Assembly: GCA_030141605.1 (NCBI GenBank)
Contig: JAQGDQ010001233.1
Location: forward strand, 1 to 53,383
Direction: 5' to 3'
Length of the DNA: 53,383 nucleotides
From: Tubiluchus corallicola
Taxonomy: Eukaryota; Animalia; Priapulida
The number at the start of each line of letters is the position of its first letter. The first letter of the stretch is position 1. Shown piece after piece: positions 32,170 to 43,714 of the stretch. The position numbers were made by a program, and so were the translations under genes. The notes under the pieces were generated by a model. It searched no databases. It was not told the DNA's origin and was given only the letters and a program-made list of their open reading frames with translations.

Positions 32170-33953
32170 CACATTCTGAGCAGTAACGTACTGACTGCGT
32201 CCACGTCCCCTACTTCCTCAACTCCTGTTCATAACACTATCTCTGTTCTTTCCACATCCGAGTAGTAATGTACCGGCTGCGTCCACGTCCCCTACTTCCT
32301 CAACTCCTGTTCATAACACTACCTCTGTTCTTTCCACATCCGAGTAGTAACGTACCAGCTGCGTCCACGTCCCCCACTTCCTCAACTCCTGTTCATAACA
32401 CTACCTCTGTTCTTTCCACGTCTGAGCAGTAACGTACCGGCTGCGTCCACGTCCCCTACTTCCTCAACTCCTGTTCATAACACTACCTCTGTTCTTTCCA
32501 CGTCCGAGCAGTAACGTACCGGCTGCGTCCACGTCCCCTACTTCCTCAACTCTTGTTCATAACACTACCTCTGTTCTTTCCACGTCCAAGCAGTAACGTA
32601 CCGGCTGCGTCCACGTCCCCTACTTCCTCAACTCTTGTTCATAACACTACCTCTGTTCTTTCCACGTCCAAGCAGTAACGTACCGGCTGCGTCCACGTCC
32701 CCCACTTCCTCAACTCCTGTTCATAACACTACCTCTGTTCTTTCCACGTCCGAGTAGTAACGTACCGGCTGCGTCCACGTCCCCTACTTCCTCAACTCCT
32801 GTTCATAACACTACCTCTGTTCTTTTCACATCCGAGTAGTAACGTACCGGCTGCGTCCATGTCCCCTACTTCCTCAACTCCTGTTCATAACACTACCTCT
32901 GTTCTTTTCACATCCGAGTAGTAACGTACCGGCTGCGTCCATGTCCCCTACTTCCTCAACTCCTGTTCATAACACTATCTCTGTTCTTTCCACATCCGAG
33001 CAGTAATGTACCGGCTGCGTCCACGTCCCCTACTTCCTCAACTCCTGTTCATAACACTACCTCTGTTCTTTCCACATCCGAGCAGTAACGTACCGGCTGC
33101 GTCCACGTCCCCTACTTCCTCAACTCCTGTTCATAACACTATCTCTGTTCTTTCCACGTCCGAGCAGTAACGTACCGGCTGCGTCCACGTCCCCTACTTC
33201 CTCAACTCCTGTTCATAACACTACCTCTGTTCTTTCCACGTCCGATTAGTAACGTACCGGCTGCGTCCACGTCCCCTACTTCCGCTACTCCTGTTCATAA
33301 CACTACCTCTGTTCTTTCCACATCCGAGCAGTAACGAACCGGCTGCGTCCACGTCCCCTACTTCCGCTACTCCTGTTCATAACACTATCTCTGTTCTTTC
33401 CACATCCGAGCAGTAACGTACCGGCTGCGTCCACGTCCCCTACTTCCTCAACTCCTGTTCATAACACTATCTCTGTTCTTTCCACGTCTGAGCAGTAACG
33501 CACCGGCTGCGTCCACGTCCCCCACTTCCTCAACTCCTGTTCATAACACTACCTCTGTTCTTTCCACGTTTGATTAGTAACGTACCGGCTGCGTCCACGT
33601 CCCCTACTTCCTCAACTCCTGTTCATAACACTACCTCTGTTCTTTTCACATCCGAGTAGTAACGTACCGGCTGCGTCCACGTCCCCTACTTCCTCAACTC
33701 CTGTTCATAACACTACCTCTGTTCTTTTCACGTCCGAGTAGTAACGTACCGGCTGCGTCCACGTCCCCTACTTCCTCAACTCCTGTTCATAACACTACCT
33801 CTGTTCTTTCCACGTCCGAGCAGTAACGTACCGGCTGCGTCCACGTCCCCTACTTCCTCAACTCCTGTTCATAACACTATCTCTGTTCTTTCCACGTCCG
33901 AGCAGTAACGTACCGGCTGCGTCCACGTCCCCTACTTCCTCAACTCCTGTTCA
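32170..33953. repeat. 82-bp minisatellite, ~22 copies
   Basis: Unit gtccacgtcccctacttcctcaactcctgttcataacactacctctgttctttccacatccgagtagtaacgtaccggctgc. Confidence 0.97.
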
Positions 33954-34624
33954 CACTTGCATTGTTTTTTTAACTCGACCCTAGATGGCAGACAAACGTT
34001 GTTCAGTCACCTTAGCAACGCCAATTCCGGTAGCGTCATGTTAGAACCTGCAGCAGGACAATGGACGTAGCAGCTGCGTGTCACAAATTCCATAGCAACC
34101 CATTGTTCCAGCTAAGCTGTGGCTTGCTGCTGTGTGAAATATTACACATCTTTTTAATGTCATTAGCGCTCAAAAAGTTTATGCTCTGCATTTGAATAAA
34201 TAAATTATTTCGGTTGGATATCTCATTAGCTATTTCAAGATGCTGGCTGTCTTTGTTTAAGTAGGCCAATACTTCAACTATTTGAGAAAGATTCCCCAGT
34301 ACCCATTGAAAATGCTTCTTTTACTGGACAAAACAGCATAAAACACTTAATAAATTTATTGAAAACGCACAAAACCCAAAAATGATCTTGATATAAAAAT
34401 CTTGACATTTTAAAGCTTAAGAACCCCTCTTAATAGATCCGTAGGCTGTCTTTGCCTGCAAATACTCATTACAGCAAAATTAACGGGTATTGTGTAAATA
34501 GTAAAATATCTCAATGGTCAGCAAGTTAATCAGCCACAGCAGTGAAACTTGTAATTGCAGTATTTGCAGTCGCATGTATTTCCATCTCATCATTTGAATG
34601 TTTATAAGTATAAGTTTATAAGTT

Positions 34625-35050
34625 ATAAGTTTATTTATTTCCACTCTGCATCCAACAGTTATAATAAAAATACAGATAATTTCACTGAAGTAAATATAAA
34701 TATAAATGCAATATTATCCTGAAATTACAAAAGAGATTCTTATGCAGCATATACATGTGCAAATTACATTATAGAGTAATTTTGATGCATACAGTTTGAG
34801 CTTAAAAGCATAGCTTGACAGGCCAAACTGTACGTGGAAATCTTAAAAAAATGATTAATAATTGAAATAATGATAATATACACATAAGGGGGGAGTTGTG
34901 AATGAAAGATGAAATGGAGCGAGAACCAAGAAAAACTGTGATCATGATTATAAAGTGTTCAGTAACCTGTTGAGCATAGTCACGTTTTATTAAGATTACT
35001 GTGGAAAAAGAATGCAGTTGTAATCATAATCATAATGTTCTGCATCAGGC
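34625..35050 (-). mobile_element. Probable LINE 3' end fragment
   Basis: Longer copy of the repeat at 28625-28890, with a simple-repeat tail. Confidence 0.5.
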
Positions 35051-35057
35051 TCATTTT

Positions 35058-35436
35058 GCTTACACACGAGGTTACACAGGCTTACACGAGGTTACACAGG
35101 GTTACACAGGCTTACACAGGGTTACACGAGGTTACACAGGCTTACACGAGGTTACACAGGGTTACACAGGCTTACACAGGCTTACACGAGGTTACACGAG
35201 GTTACACAGCCTTACACAGGGTTACACAGGCTTACACAGGGTTACACAGGGTTACACAGGGTTACACAGGCTTACACAGGGTTACACAGGGTTACACAGG
35301 GTTACACAGGCTTACACAGGGTTACACAGGCTTACACAGGGTTACACAGGGTTACACGAGGTTACACAGGCTTACACAGGCTTACACAGGGTTACACGAG
35401 GTTACACAGGGTTACACAGGGTTACACAGGGTTACG
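35058..35436. repeat. 10-bp minisatellite (GTTACACAGG variants), ~37 copies
   Basis: Directly visible. Confidence 0.97.
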
Positions 35437-36197
35437 CAGTTTGGAATTACGAAAACCAAACTGGGCAACAAAAACTCAAAAGACAAGGAACAAGAATTTC
35501 TAAACAAATTTCGAAACTGTAATTATGTAATAGTGTGTAAAATCAGGACAAATTCCTTGAGCATTCATCGTAAATGTACTAGGTAAAGTGCAGAAACAAA
35601 TGGCCCTTTATTATGTGCTATTTGTTGTATAGTTTTATTATTTAGTGAGCAGTAGTGATATATTTGTCAATACAACGTTGTTACCATTCATATCATTAAA
35701 GTGACTAAAATTAATTTGTCTAGCTAATACTTTTACGTAAGATTTAATTTCGTTATTCTAGTTATGTTATGCATTATACATATGCACGCTATCTGATACA
35801 ACTATTGTTGAACATGTCCCAAAGTGCCATGCAAATTTAAATAATTAGCTTACTGGCAGGCATAGTTTCTTGCTTAGATCAACATTTGTGTCCATTTGGT
35901 AACAGTTGTTAAATAGTAGCTCCATGATACAAATATATGCATGCAAATAGTATGTACATATAGGTACAGAAAGACATTGATCATTCAAGCAGAGCTGAGA
36001 CAACAGCAACAATATACGTACACATACTGTATGTACATACAGGTGTACACAGCTGCTAGGAGTGTGCACAATACAACGATTATCTTACAATGTGTTACAT
36101 TACTTATTTAACAACAAACTAATGCTCGACAATACTATCAGGTGTAAAGACGTCCGTTTTGCAACATAAAGTTCGTATGTTTCAAATGTTAACTTGA

Positions 36198-37088
36198 ATG
36201 AGCAATGGTGAAAATTTATCGCACTCGGCAATGATACTCAAGAATTTCACTAGAAATGCAACTGACGAAGTGCAACACAATGAATATGACTTTACTTTGA
36301 CTATAACAGGATTGCTTGTGTGCCTGGCTATTATTATAGTTGCTGGGAACTTGTTAGTTCTAGTTGCAGTTTACAAGTATGAGCAGTTGCAAACAAGAAC
36401 GAATGCACTGATCGTATCACTCGCTGTAACAGATCTGCTATTTGGACTCGTGTCACTACCAGTTGAAATCGTTGGCATAGTGTACGCAGAGAACTTTAGC
36501 CATTTATATCATTCTGCTGAAATTTTTCTTATATTGGCTGCCCTGAACAGTAGCATATTACACTTGTGTTTAATTGCAAGTGAGAGATACGTAGCCATTT
36601 TGCACCCTTACAAATACAATATATACCTTACAAAGAGAACATTAAGTATTACGTTATCTGTTACGTGGCTTTCTGCTCTTGTTCTAGCATACATGGAAAC
36701 GATTAACATTGCTTTAAGTTTAATTGCAATCATCACAACGAGTTTTCTAGCGATGACAGTTATACTATCTTTGTATGCGTTAATATGGCGGGCAGCAAGA
36801 AAGCAAATCTTGCAAATTCGTGATCAAAACCAACAAACTGGAACAAGAGTGATGGACATGAAAGCAACAAAAACTTTAACAATAGTCACTGTTGCATTTT
36901 TCATTTGTTGGTTTCCATACACGGTCTCGGCAATAATCTACGCAACATGTTCATTGTGCATACCAGACTTTGCTCTGCAAGTAGCAAGTTGGATGAGTTT
37001 TTCAAACAGTGCAGTCAACCCTTTCATATACGCAGCAACAAACAGCAAATTTAGAACAGCATTCAAGAAGATTCTTAGATGCCGGTAA
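36198..37088 (+). CDS. Intronless class A GPCR, 296 aa (G6); the ATG homologous to the paralog starts may be 36231
   Basis: GN, SLAVTD, ERY, CWFP, NPFIY. Confidence 0.95.
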   Translation: MSNGENLSHSAMILKNFTRNATDEVQHNEYDFTLTITGLLVCLAIIIVAGNLLVLVAVYKYEQLQTRTNALIVSLAVTDLLFGLVSLPVEIVGIVYAENFSHLYHSAEIFLILAALNSSILHLCLIASERYVAILHPYKYNIYLTKRTLSITLSVTWLSALVLAYMETINIALSLIAIITTSFLAMTVILSLYALIWRAARKQILQIRDQNQQTGTRVMDMKATKTLTIVTVAFFICWFPYTVSAIIYATCSLCIPDFALQVASWMSFSNSAVNPFIYAATNSKFRTAFKKILRCR

Positions 37089-37257
37089 AAATAATTACAA
37101 AGTACGTTGTTGTTTCAGTTCTGCTTGAATGATCAATGTATTTTTGTGTCTTGTGGTTGATAAAGTGTCACCTGGCCAGGTACGACTAATCAGAATGATA
37201 TCTGCAGGAAAGATTTTGGAATTACGAAAACCAATATGAATAATAAATATCTATATA

Positions 37258-37377
37258 TACTACGGCCATATCACGTTGAAAACACCAGTTCTCGTCTGAT
37301 CACCGAAGTTAAGCAACGTAGAGCCTGGTTAGTACTTGAATGGGTGACCGCCTAGGAATACCAGGTGCTGTAGGTTT
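37258..37377 (+). rRNA. Essentially full-length 5S rRNA-derived sequence (probably a SINE head or pseudogene, not an rDNA unit)
   Basis: ctacggccatatcacgttgaaaacaccagttctcgtctgatcaccgaagttaagcaacg...ttagtacttgaatgggtgaccgcctaggaataccaggtgctgtaggtt matches metazoan 5S with a few substitutions; single copy; no T4 terminator follows. Confidence 0.85.
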
Positions 37378-37803
37378 GTGGGATGCCCACACTGTATCTC
37401 GACACTAGGCGGAGGAGCTGCACAAGCAGCCAACGGCTAGAGGGTGGAGGAGGTCAAGTGACCCAACGGCCATGTGTAGAGGAGTAAACCTTCCAAATCA
37501 GGAGTGGATCCCCGAAGGCAGACCAGTGCAGCATGCTCACTGACTCCGGCAGCTCCTGGTGCCAACCTGGTGCCAAACGTATCACTCCACTTTCCTTTGG
37601 ACTACACCAGGGAGGAAGAGAGGGAGTTCCTATTGTCTGGGCAACTCAGGATCTCCATACACCTTGCCCAGGCGTGCGCCCTGGAGACGTTCAAGGATCG
37701 GACTGCTCAGCCACAGTCGACGCTGCAACTCCATCAATGAGACCAATAACTGACTCTCTTGGTGCGCACTCCATTGTCGTTCGAGACAAAAGGATGCCAA
37801 CAA
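37258..37803 (+). mobile_element. 5S-headed SINE-like element with GC-rich, probably Ingi/Vingi LINE-derived body
   Basis: 5S head runs directly into a ~425 bp GC-rich body ending actccattgtcgttcgagacaaaaggatgccaacaa; the same terminal motif occurs independently at 5785-5828 (minus). Confidence 0.6.
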
Positions 37804-38679
37804 TACTTTATATATGTATTATAGGATTATTTGGTTGGTTATCGGAAAACTGTTGTTTGCTGTTGTTATAAATTGAATTTATATGTCTTTGTGTTCACCT
37901 GGTTTGCAAGGGGATTGGAAAGACTACATTTTTTGTGAAATAAAGTTATGTCCGATACTTATAGCTGTTAATTATTTCTATGTAATCTAGAAATCGAGCC
38001 TCCACCTTTGAAGATGAATGGGATAGTGTACGTAGTCTGCATGTGTCGCTTATTGTACCGAGTACGCGATTGTAGTATTATGTCATTCATTTAATTGTCA
38101 GTCTACTACACTAAAGTACTGAATTGGTCTATGCTGCCATCTACAGTCGTTGATATACTCTAACTTTACAAAGTTTGGCAGAGATTGATTTTTGTTTCTA
38201 AATATTGTTTGCTTTTGCTTTTATAAATAGTTATTAATCAGAGTAATTAGATAATTAATTTCATGCTTTAATTCTGGATCTAACTATCTTATTCAAGTTT
38301 AAATAGAGAAAAATTATAACATTCTAACACAGCTTTCTGTAAACCAATAATCTTTATTCTGCTATCAAAGAAGCCAAGTAGATTTTGATTTTGGTTTGAC
38401 TAGTAGTCTGTAGAGTATAGGTGACCTTTCCATTTATGGTATGTATGCATGAATGTGATGTTCCTTGAATCTCTGGTCATGTGATTTACTCTTTATTACA
38501 GCAGCTTTATTCTCTCAGGCATGCAAGTTTCAGTTGATCTAGAGACAGCATTGAGAAAGGATGCAAAATTTCTACTGTTAAATATCATGTTGCTAACTTT
38601 ATGACTGTTTGTTCAATTTTATGGTTGAGGTGAACATTGTATACGTTTTACAATAAAATTATTGCAAATTTCTATACCA

Positions 38680-39853
38680 TGTGGAGTCGCACGGAGTTGC
38701 ATGGTGTGTGATCCCACTGCTGACACCATGTTAAAACTGGTGGATTTACACAGGCTACCGTAACATTAAACACATATTAGATCTAGCCTCTAGGAATCCA
38801 CATGCTGTTTACTGTACGCAGTCTGCATGTGGAGTCGCACGAAGTTGCATGATCCCACTGCTGACACCATGTACACAGACTGCATGTGGAGTCGCACGAA
38901 GTTGCATGATCCCACTGCTGACACCATGTTAAAAGTGATGGATTTACACAGACTATCATAACATTAAACACGTATTAGATCTAGCCTCTAGGAATCCACA
39001 TGCTGTTCACAGAGTGCAGTCTGCATGTGAAGCTGCGTGATGTGTGATCCCACTGCTGACACCATGTTAAAAGTGGTGGATTTACACAGACTATCATAAC
39101 ATTAAACACGTATTAGATCCAGCCTCTAGGAATCCAAATGCTGTTTACTGAGTGCAGTCTGCATGTGAAGCTGCATGATGTGTGATCCCACTGCTGACAC
39201 CATGTTAAAAGTGGTGGATTTACACAGACTATCATAACATTAAACACGTATTAGATCCAGCCCTAGGAATCCACATGCTGTTCACAGAGTGCAGTCTGCA
39301 TGTGGAGTCGCACGAAGTTGCATGATGTGTGATCCCACTGCTGACACCATGTTAAAAGTGGTGGATTTACACAGACTATCATAACATTAAACACGTATTA
39401 GATCTAGCCTCTGGGAATCCACATGCTGATTACTGAGTGCAGTCTGCATGTGAAGCTGCGTGATGTGTGATCCCACTGCTGACACCATGTTAAAAGTGGT
39501 GGATTTACACAGACTATCATAACATTAAACACGTATTAGATCTAACCTCTAGGAATCCACATGCTGTTTACTGAGTGCAGTCTGCATGTGAAGCTGCATG
39601 ATGTGTGATCCCACTGCTGACACCAATGTTAAAAGTGGTGGATTTACACAGACTATCATAACATTAAACACGTATTAGATCCAGCCTCTAGGAATCCACA
39701 CGCTGTTTACTGAGTGCAGTCTGCATGTGACGCTGCATGATGTGTGATCCCACTGCTGACACCAATGTTAAAAGTGGTGGATTTACACAGACTATCATAA
39801 CATTAAACACGTATTAGATCTAGCCTCTAGGAATCCACACGCTGTTTACTGAG
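38680..39853. repeat. ~138-148 bp tandem repeat, ~8 copies
   Basis: gatttacaca anchor at 38743, 38941, 39079, 39217, 39364, 39502, 39641, 39780. Confidence 0.95.
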
Positions 39854-39952
39854 AACAGACGATCGTTTCGACACAAATATAATTATCAGTTTTGGAAATT
39901 AAGCTAAAAGAAACAATTTGTGGCACCGCAGTTATCAAGACACAAAAATTAT

Positions 39953-40241
39953 CAAAAGAGTGAAATTTCTTACCAGTTACTGATGAGATAAATTGACAGT
40001 GGTGCGTAATTGCGTAGACAGTTCACCACCAGGGGCGCAATAACCTTACACTAGTGAAGCTGTAGCTTTAGGCCTTAACTTTTGATAGGCCCTCAGCAAA
40101 AGAGTGAAATTTCTTACCAGTTACTGATGACATAAATTAACAGTGGTGTGTAATTGCGTAGACAGTTCACCACCAGGGGCGCAATAACCTTATACTAGTA
40201 AAGCTGTAGCTCTAGGCCTTAACTTTTGATAGGCCCTTAGC
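39953..40241. repeat. Two-copy tandem duplication, ~144 bp
   Basis: caaaagagtgaaatttcttaccagttactgatga at 39953 and 40097. Confidence 0.9.
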
Positions 40242-40459
40242 ATTCTGAGAGATAACGTTTTTTTAGCAAACAGGATGACAAATTTATTAAAACTGAACCT
40301 GCTAAAGACAACTACATTAAATTCCGCAGTTCATTACGTTGAATACATACACGGAGGTCCTAAAAATGTTCCCCAAGTTAACTTGTAATGCTTCACCTTG
40401 GCAGAGGCATTTGTAAACAGGTTACTCCTCTTGTCAAAGAGTTATAAATTTTCTTCCCT

Positions 40460-42885
40460 AAGATGCAGCTAGGACGACGATGACAGAAAAAACATTCAAA
40501 ACCATGAAGTCCAATTCGTCTCCTGGTCCGGATAGGGGGGTCACGATGAAAGCCCTCCGGAGGGTAAGCAAGGGTGCGATAACCCTTGTCTTCAAGGTAT
40601 GGCAATTCCTAAAGAAGGTCCCAAACAGCCTGAAGGAATGCCGTACCACCCTCCTCCCCAAGTTTGCTGAGGGTTTGCAGGACGTGCTCAGGTGGTATGC
40701 CAAGATTCTGACCACCAGAATCCAGGCAACGGTCAAGCTCAACCCACTCCAGAGAGCCTTCCAACCAAGAGACGGCTGTTCCGATAACCTGACTCTCCTC
40801 TAAACACCGTGATTCGGCATGCCCGAGCAAGTCACAGGGAATTAAGCGTCGCATTCCTCGACTTAGCAAAGGCGTTTGACACGGTTCCTCACACACCTCG
40901 ATCGTGAGGGCAATGCGAAGGTTCGGCCTTCCAGAGCAGGTTCAGCAAATCATTGGGGATATGTATACGGGTGCTGCTACACGGATATCGATACTGGAAG
41001 CAAATACCCGTCGTGTTAGCATCACGTCAGGTGTTAAGCAGGGATGCCCGCTATCACCCCTGCTTTTCAACCTGGTAATCGACGAACTGATCTCGAAAGT
41101 CGGTTCTCGATTTGGCTATGGGATCGACGAGCACCAAGTGGCTATAGTTGGTTTTGCCGACGACCTAGTCCTAATGTCAGCCTCAAAACATGGCATGGGA
41201 GTTATGTTGGAGACAGCCAATGGCTTCTTCACGAAACTCACGAAACGAGGCATGACATTAAACGCCAACAAATGCAAAGCCATTAGGCTAGTCAAGGCAT
41301 ACCGGCGAAAGGCTATGAAAGTGCTAATAGAACCCACACGGGAGATCAGCCAGACTCCTATTCCAATGCTGGGAGTCAGTGACGCATACAAATACCTGGG
41401 AATTCCCATGACTGCTAAGGGACGACCCACCATGGACACCAAGTCCCTTAAAGCATGGCTTATAAGAGTGGAAGGGGCACCACTCAAACCTCAACAAAAG
41501 GTGGATATGATCAGACAATATGTGATTCCGCGTCTGACATACCACTTCCGTATATGTGAGGTTCATATGAATGGCCTCAAGGGAGCAGACAGGCTTATAA
41601 GATCAAGCCTAAAACGTATACTTCACATGGCGAGGGATGTCCGGAATGCATTCTTCTACATGCCAATGAAGAAGGGAGGGCTGGGATTTTCTTGTCTTGA
41701 AAAGGATGTTCCTTTGATGAAAGTCAAGATGCTCAGCCGATTGCAGGCCTCACCAGATCCGCTGGTGAACATGAGTGCATCTGCTCCAGTGTGGAATAGG
41801 GAGCTTGCGTGGGCTAAGAGGGTGGCGAGCCTCGAAGCCTACAGTAACGCAAAAGACATAAATCGTGCAAAAAGGGATAATGATCGCAAACATCTATCGA
41901 CATTCAACGGTAAAGTGTATGGGAAGGATTTTGCAGCCGTGTCTGCTGACCCACTGAGTACCCATTACCTACGTAGCAGCACACTCCTGAGCGGGGGTGA
42001 TTATATCTTGGTTCTCAAGATGATCACCAACTCTCTACCAGTTAGAGTTAACACCACGAGAGGACAACCCAATGCAATCAGGAGATGTCGCAGGTGCGGG
42101 AGACATGCAGAGAGTCAAGTTCACGTACTTCAACAGTGCATAACAGTAAACAATGCCATATCACGACGGCACAATGCACTGTGCGAGGTGCTCGCCGAAG
42201 CCTTGAAGGGGCAGGGCTTTACGGTCGTCAGGGAACCTTGGTTCGAGATCAACAGAACAAGGTACCACCCCGACATCCTGGCAACCAAAGATGGTCATAC
42301 GTACGTTATCGATCCGACCATCTCGGCAGCAGGAAACATCTACTCGCTTAGGGCCAGATGCAGGGACAAGGCCCTGAAGTACGAACCGATCCTCGATGCC
42401 GTCAAACAGCGGTGCAGCTCTGCCACTGCCTCGTCGCACGGCATCTGTGTGGGCTTTCGTGCGGAATGGGCAGGAGGAGAGAACGACGTTCTCCTGAAGA
42501 CACTCGGTCTTCTGAACGTCAGAGCCAAACTAGTCCGCTCGGCGATTAGAGGCTCATGTATGGTGTTTAGAATGTTCCTGGGAAGGCAAAGGAGGGAGAC
42601 CTAGGTCATCTCCTGCTCAGGATGTTACCACTCGAGTTCCTACATCCAAACGTGTGAAAGGTTTATACCTAGGGGAAATCCGACTACTCTATGAGCAGCT
42701 GGTGGATACCGTACCTTTACGGTATCGAAAAGGCAAGTTTTGTTGGGTTTGGAGAAATCCAGTTCCCACGGAATTGACGGATGCCGTATCTTTACGGAAG
42801 AATTTGGAGTAGGCAAGTTTGACTCGAGTCAAAAGGCAACACACAGGTGAACAGATCCGACGCCTGTGAAATCTGACAAAATAAA
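40460..42885 (+). mobile_element. 5'-truncated R2-type non-LTR retrotransposon (RT plus restriction-like endonuclease)
   Basis: SSPGPD, NPLQRAF..RDGC.DN, FLDLAKAFDTVPH, GVKQGCPLSPLLFN, FADD, YKYLG, PLKPQQK, GGLG, CRRC..HVLQQC zinc knuckle, RRHN, PDI...D, K..KY; two +2 frameshifts near 40800 and 40892; structured 3' UTR. Confidence 0.92.
40904..42604 (+). CDS. Open C-terminal part of the R2-type ORF (RT domains, CCHC, RLE); not an independent gene
   Basis: 566-codon open frame with the RT and PD-(D/E)xK motifs listed for the element. Confidence 0.75.
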   Translation: MRAMRRFGLPEQVQQIIGDMYTGAATRISILEANTRRVSITSGVKQGCPLSPLLFNLVIDELISKVGSRFGYGIDEHQVAIVGFADDLVLMSASKHGMGVMLETANGFFTKLTKRGMTLNANKCKAIRLVKAYRRKAMKVLIEPTREISQTPIPMLGVSDAYKYLGIPMTAKGRPTMDTKSLKAWLIRVEGAPLKPQQKVDMIRQYVIPRLTYHFRICEVHMNGLKGADRLIRSSLKRILHMARDVRNAFFYMPMKKGGLGFSCLEKDVPLMKVKMLSRLQASPDPLVNMSASAPVWNRELAWAKRVASLEAYSNAKDINRAKRDNDRKHLSTFNGKVYGKDFAAVSADPLSTHYLRSSTLLSGGDYILVLKMITNSLPVRVNTTRGQPNAIRRCRRCGRHAESQVHVLQQCITVNNAISRRHNALCEVLAEALKGQGFTVVREPWFEINRTRYHPDILATKDGHTYVIDPTISAAGNIYSLRARCRDKALKYEPILDAVKQRCSSATASSHGICVGFRAEWAGGENDVLLKTLGLLNVRAKLVRSAIRGSCMVFRMFLGRQRRET

Positions 42886-43714
42886 ATTACTGTATCTTGT
42901 CAATAAGATTAAAAATACGTTTTTTGGTTAGTGAGTAGTGCACCCTGGAGGGTGAGTCAGTGACATTTTACCAATTGGCACAAACATTTTAAATTATTAT
43001 TTCTAGTTACTTAAGTCTTTCCAGCAGGTAAACGAAATGCTTAGTAATGTAGATTTGCTTGCAAATTTTTTTGGGACATAATTTAACATTTTCTTTTCTT
43101 TTCCCGATTTACGTTGTGCGTATATGACGTCATGTAATGGCGCCGTCGGAACAGTATTGCGAGAGATTTAAAATGAAAACCAACAAAAATTCTAATAAAT
43201 TGTAAATTGTTTTCCTGCTATTTCTCTGCACACGCTGCATTTAAATCTAACGGAGTTTTATTTTTCCTTCTGAATAAGCCTTTTTGCAGTTGCAGCGATT
43301 GATGATGAGCGTGAAAAGGTCAAATGTTTAGTGCACCAGACAACGCTTATGTGTACACTTGACAACCCATGCTATTGTAATAGTAACAGTTTTAACAGCT
43401 GGCTAGAATTTTACCTAGTTCATTTTTTCTTGTTTCCAAGCAAGATCCTGCTAGTAAATCACTCTATGCACATATTAGTGCATAAATAAGTTGAATCCAC
43501 GTAAAGCAGCTGAAATCACTGTGGCAGATGGCTTTGCTTTACCCATATGTCAGGTGACGGTTGTACTTACGACTCGTTACCATGGTGCACTTAACCTTTG
43601 ACCTATAGCAACTGCGCGTGCGTACAACGAAACCGTGAAAAGGCTGTAAATATTTACCATTGTCTATTACTGCTACTTTCTCTTATTAATACTTCATTAA
43701 CATTAATTCATTCT

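Noticed and set aside
35001-35586. Repetitive 173/183-aa ORFs (GYTGLHRVTQ)n
   Set aside because: Product of a stop-free 10-bp minisatellite embedded in LINE and intergenic sequence.
37258-37377. Functional 5S rDNA array unit
   Set aside because: Single copy, altered 5' end, substitutions in the internal control region, no T4 terminator.
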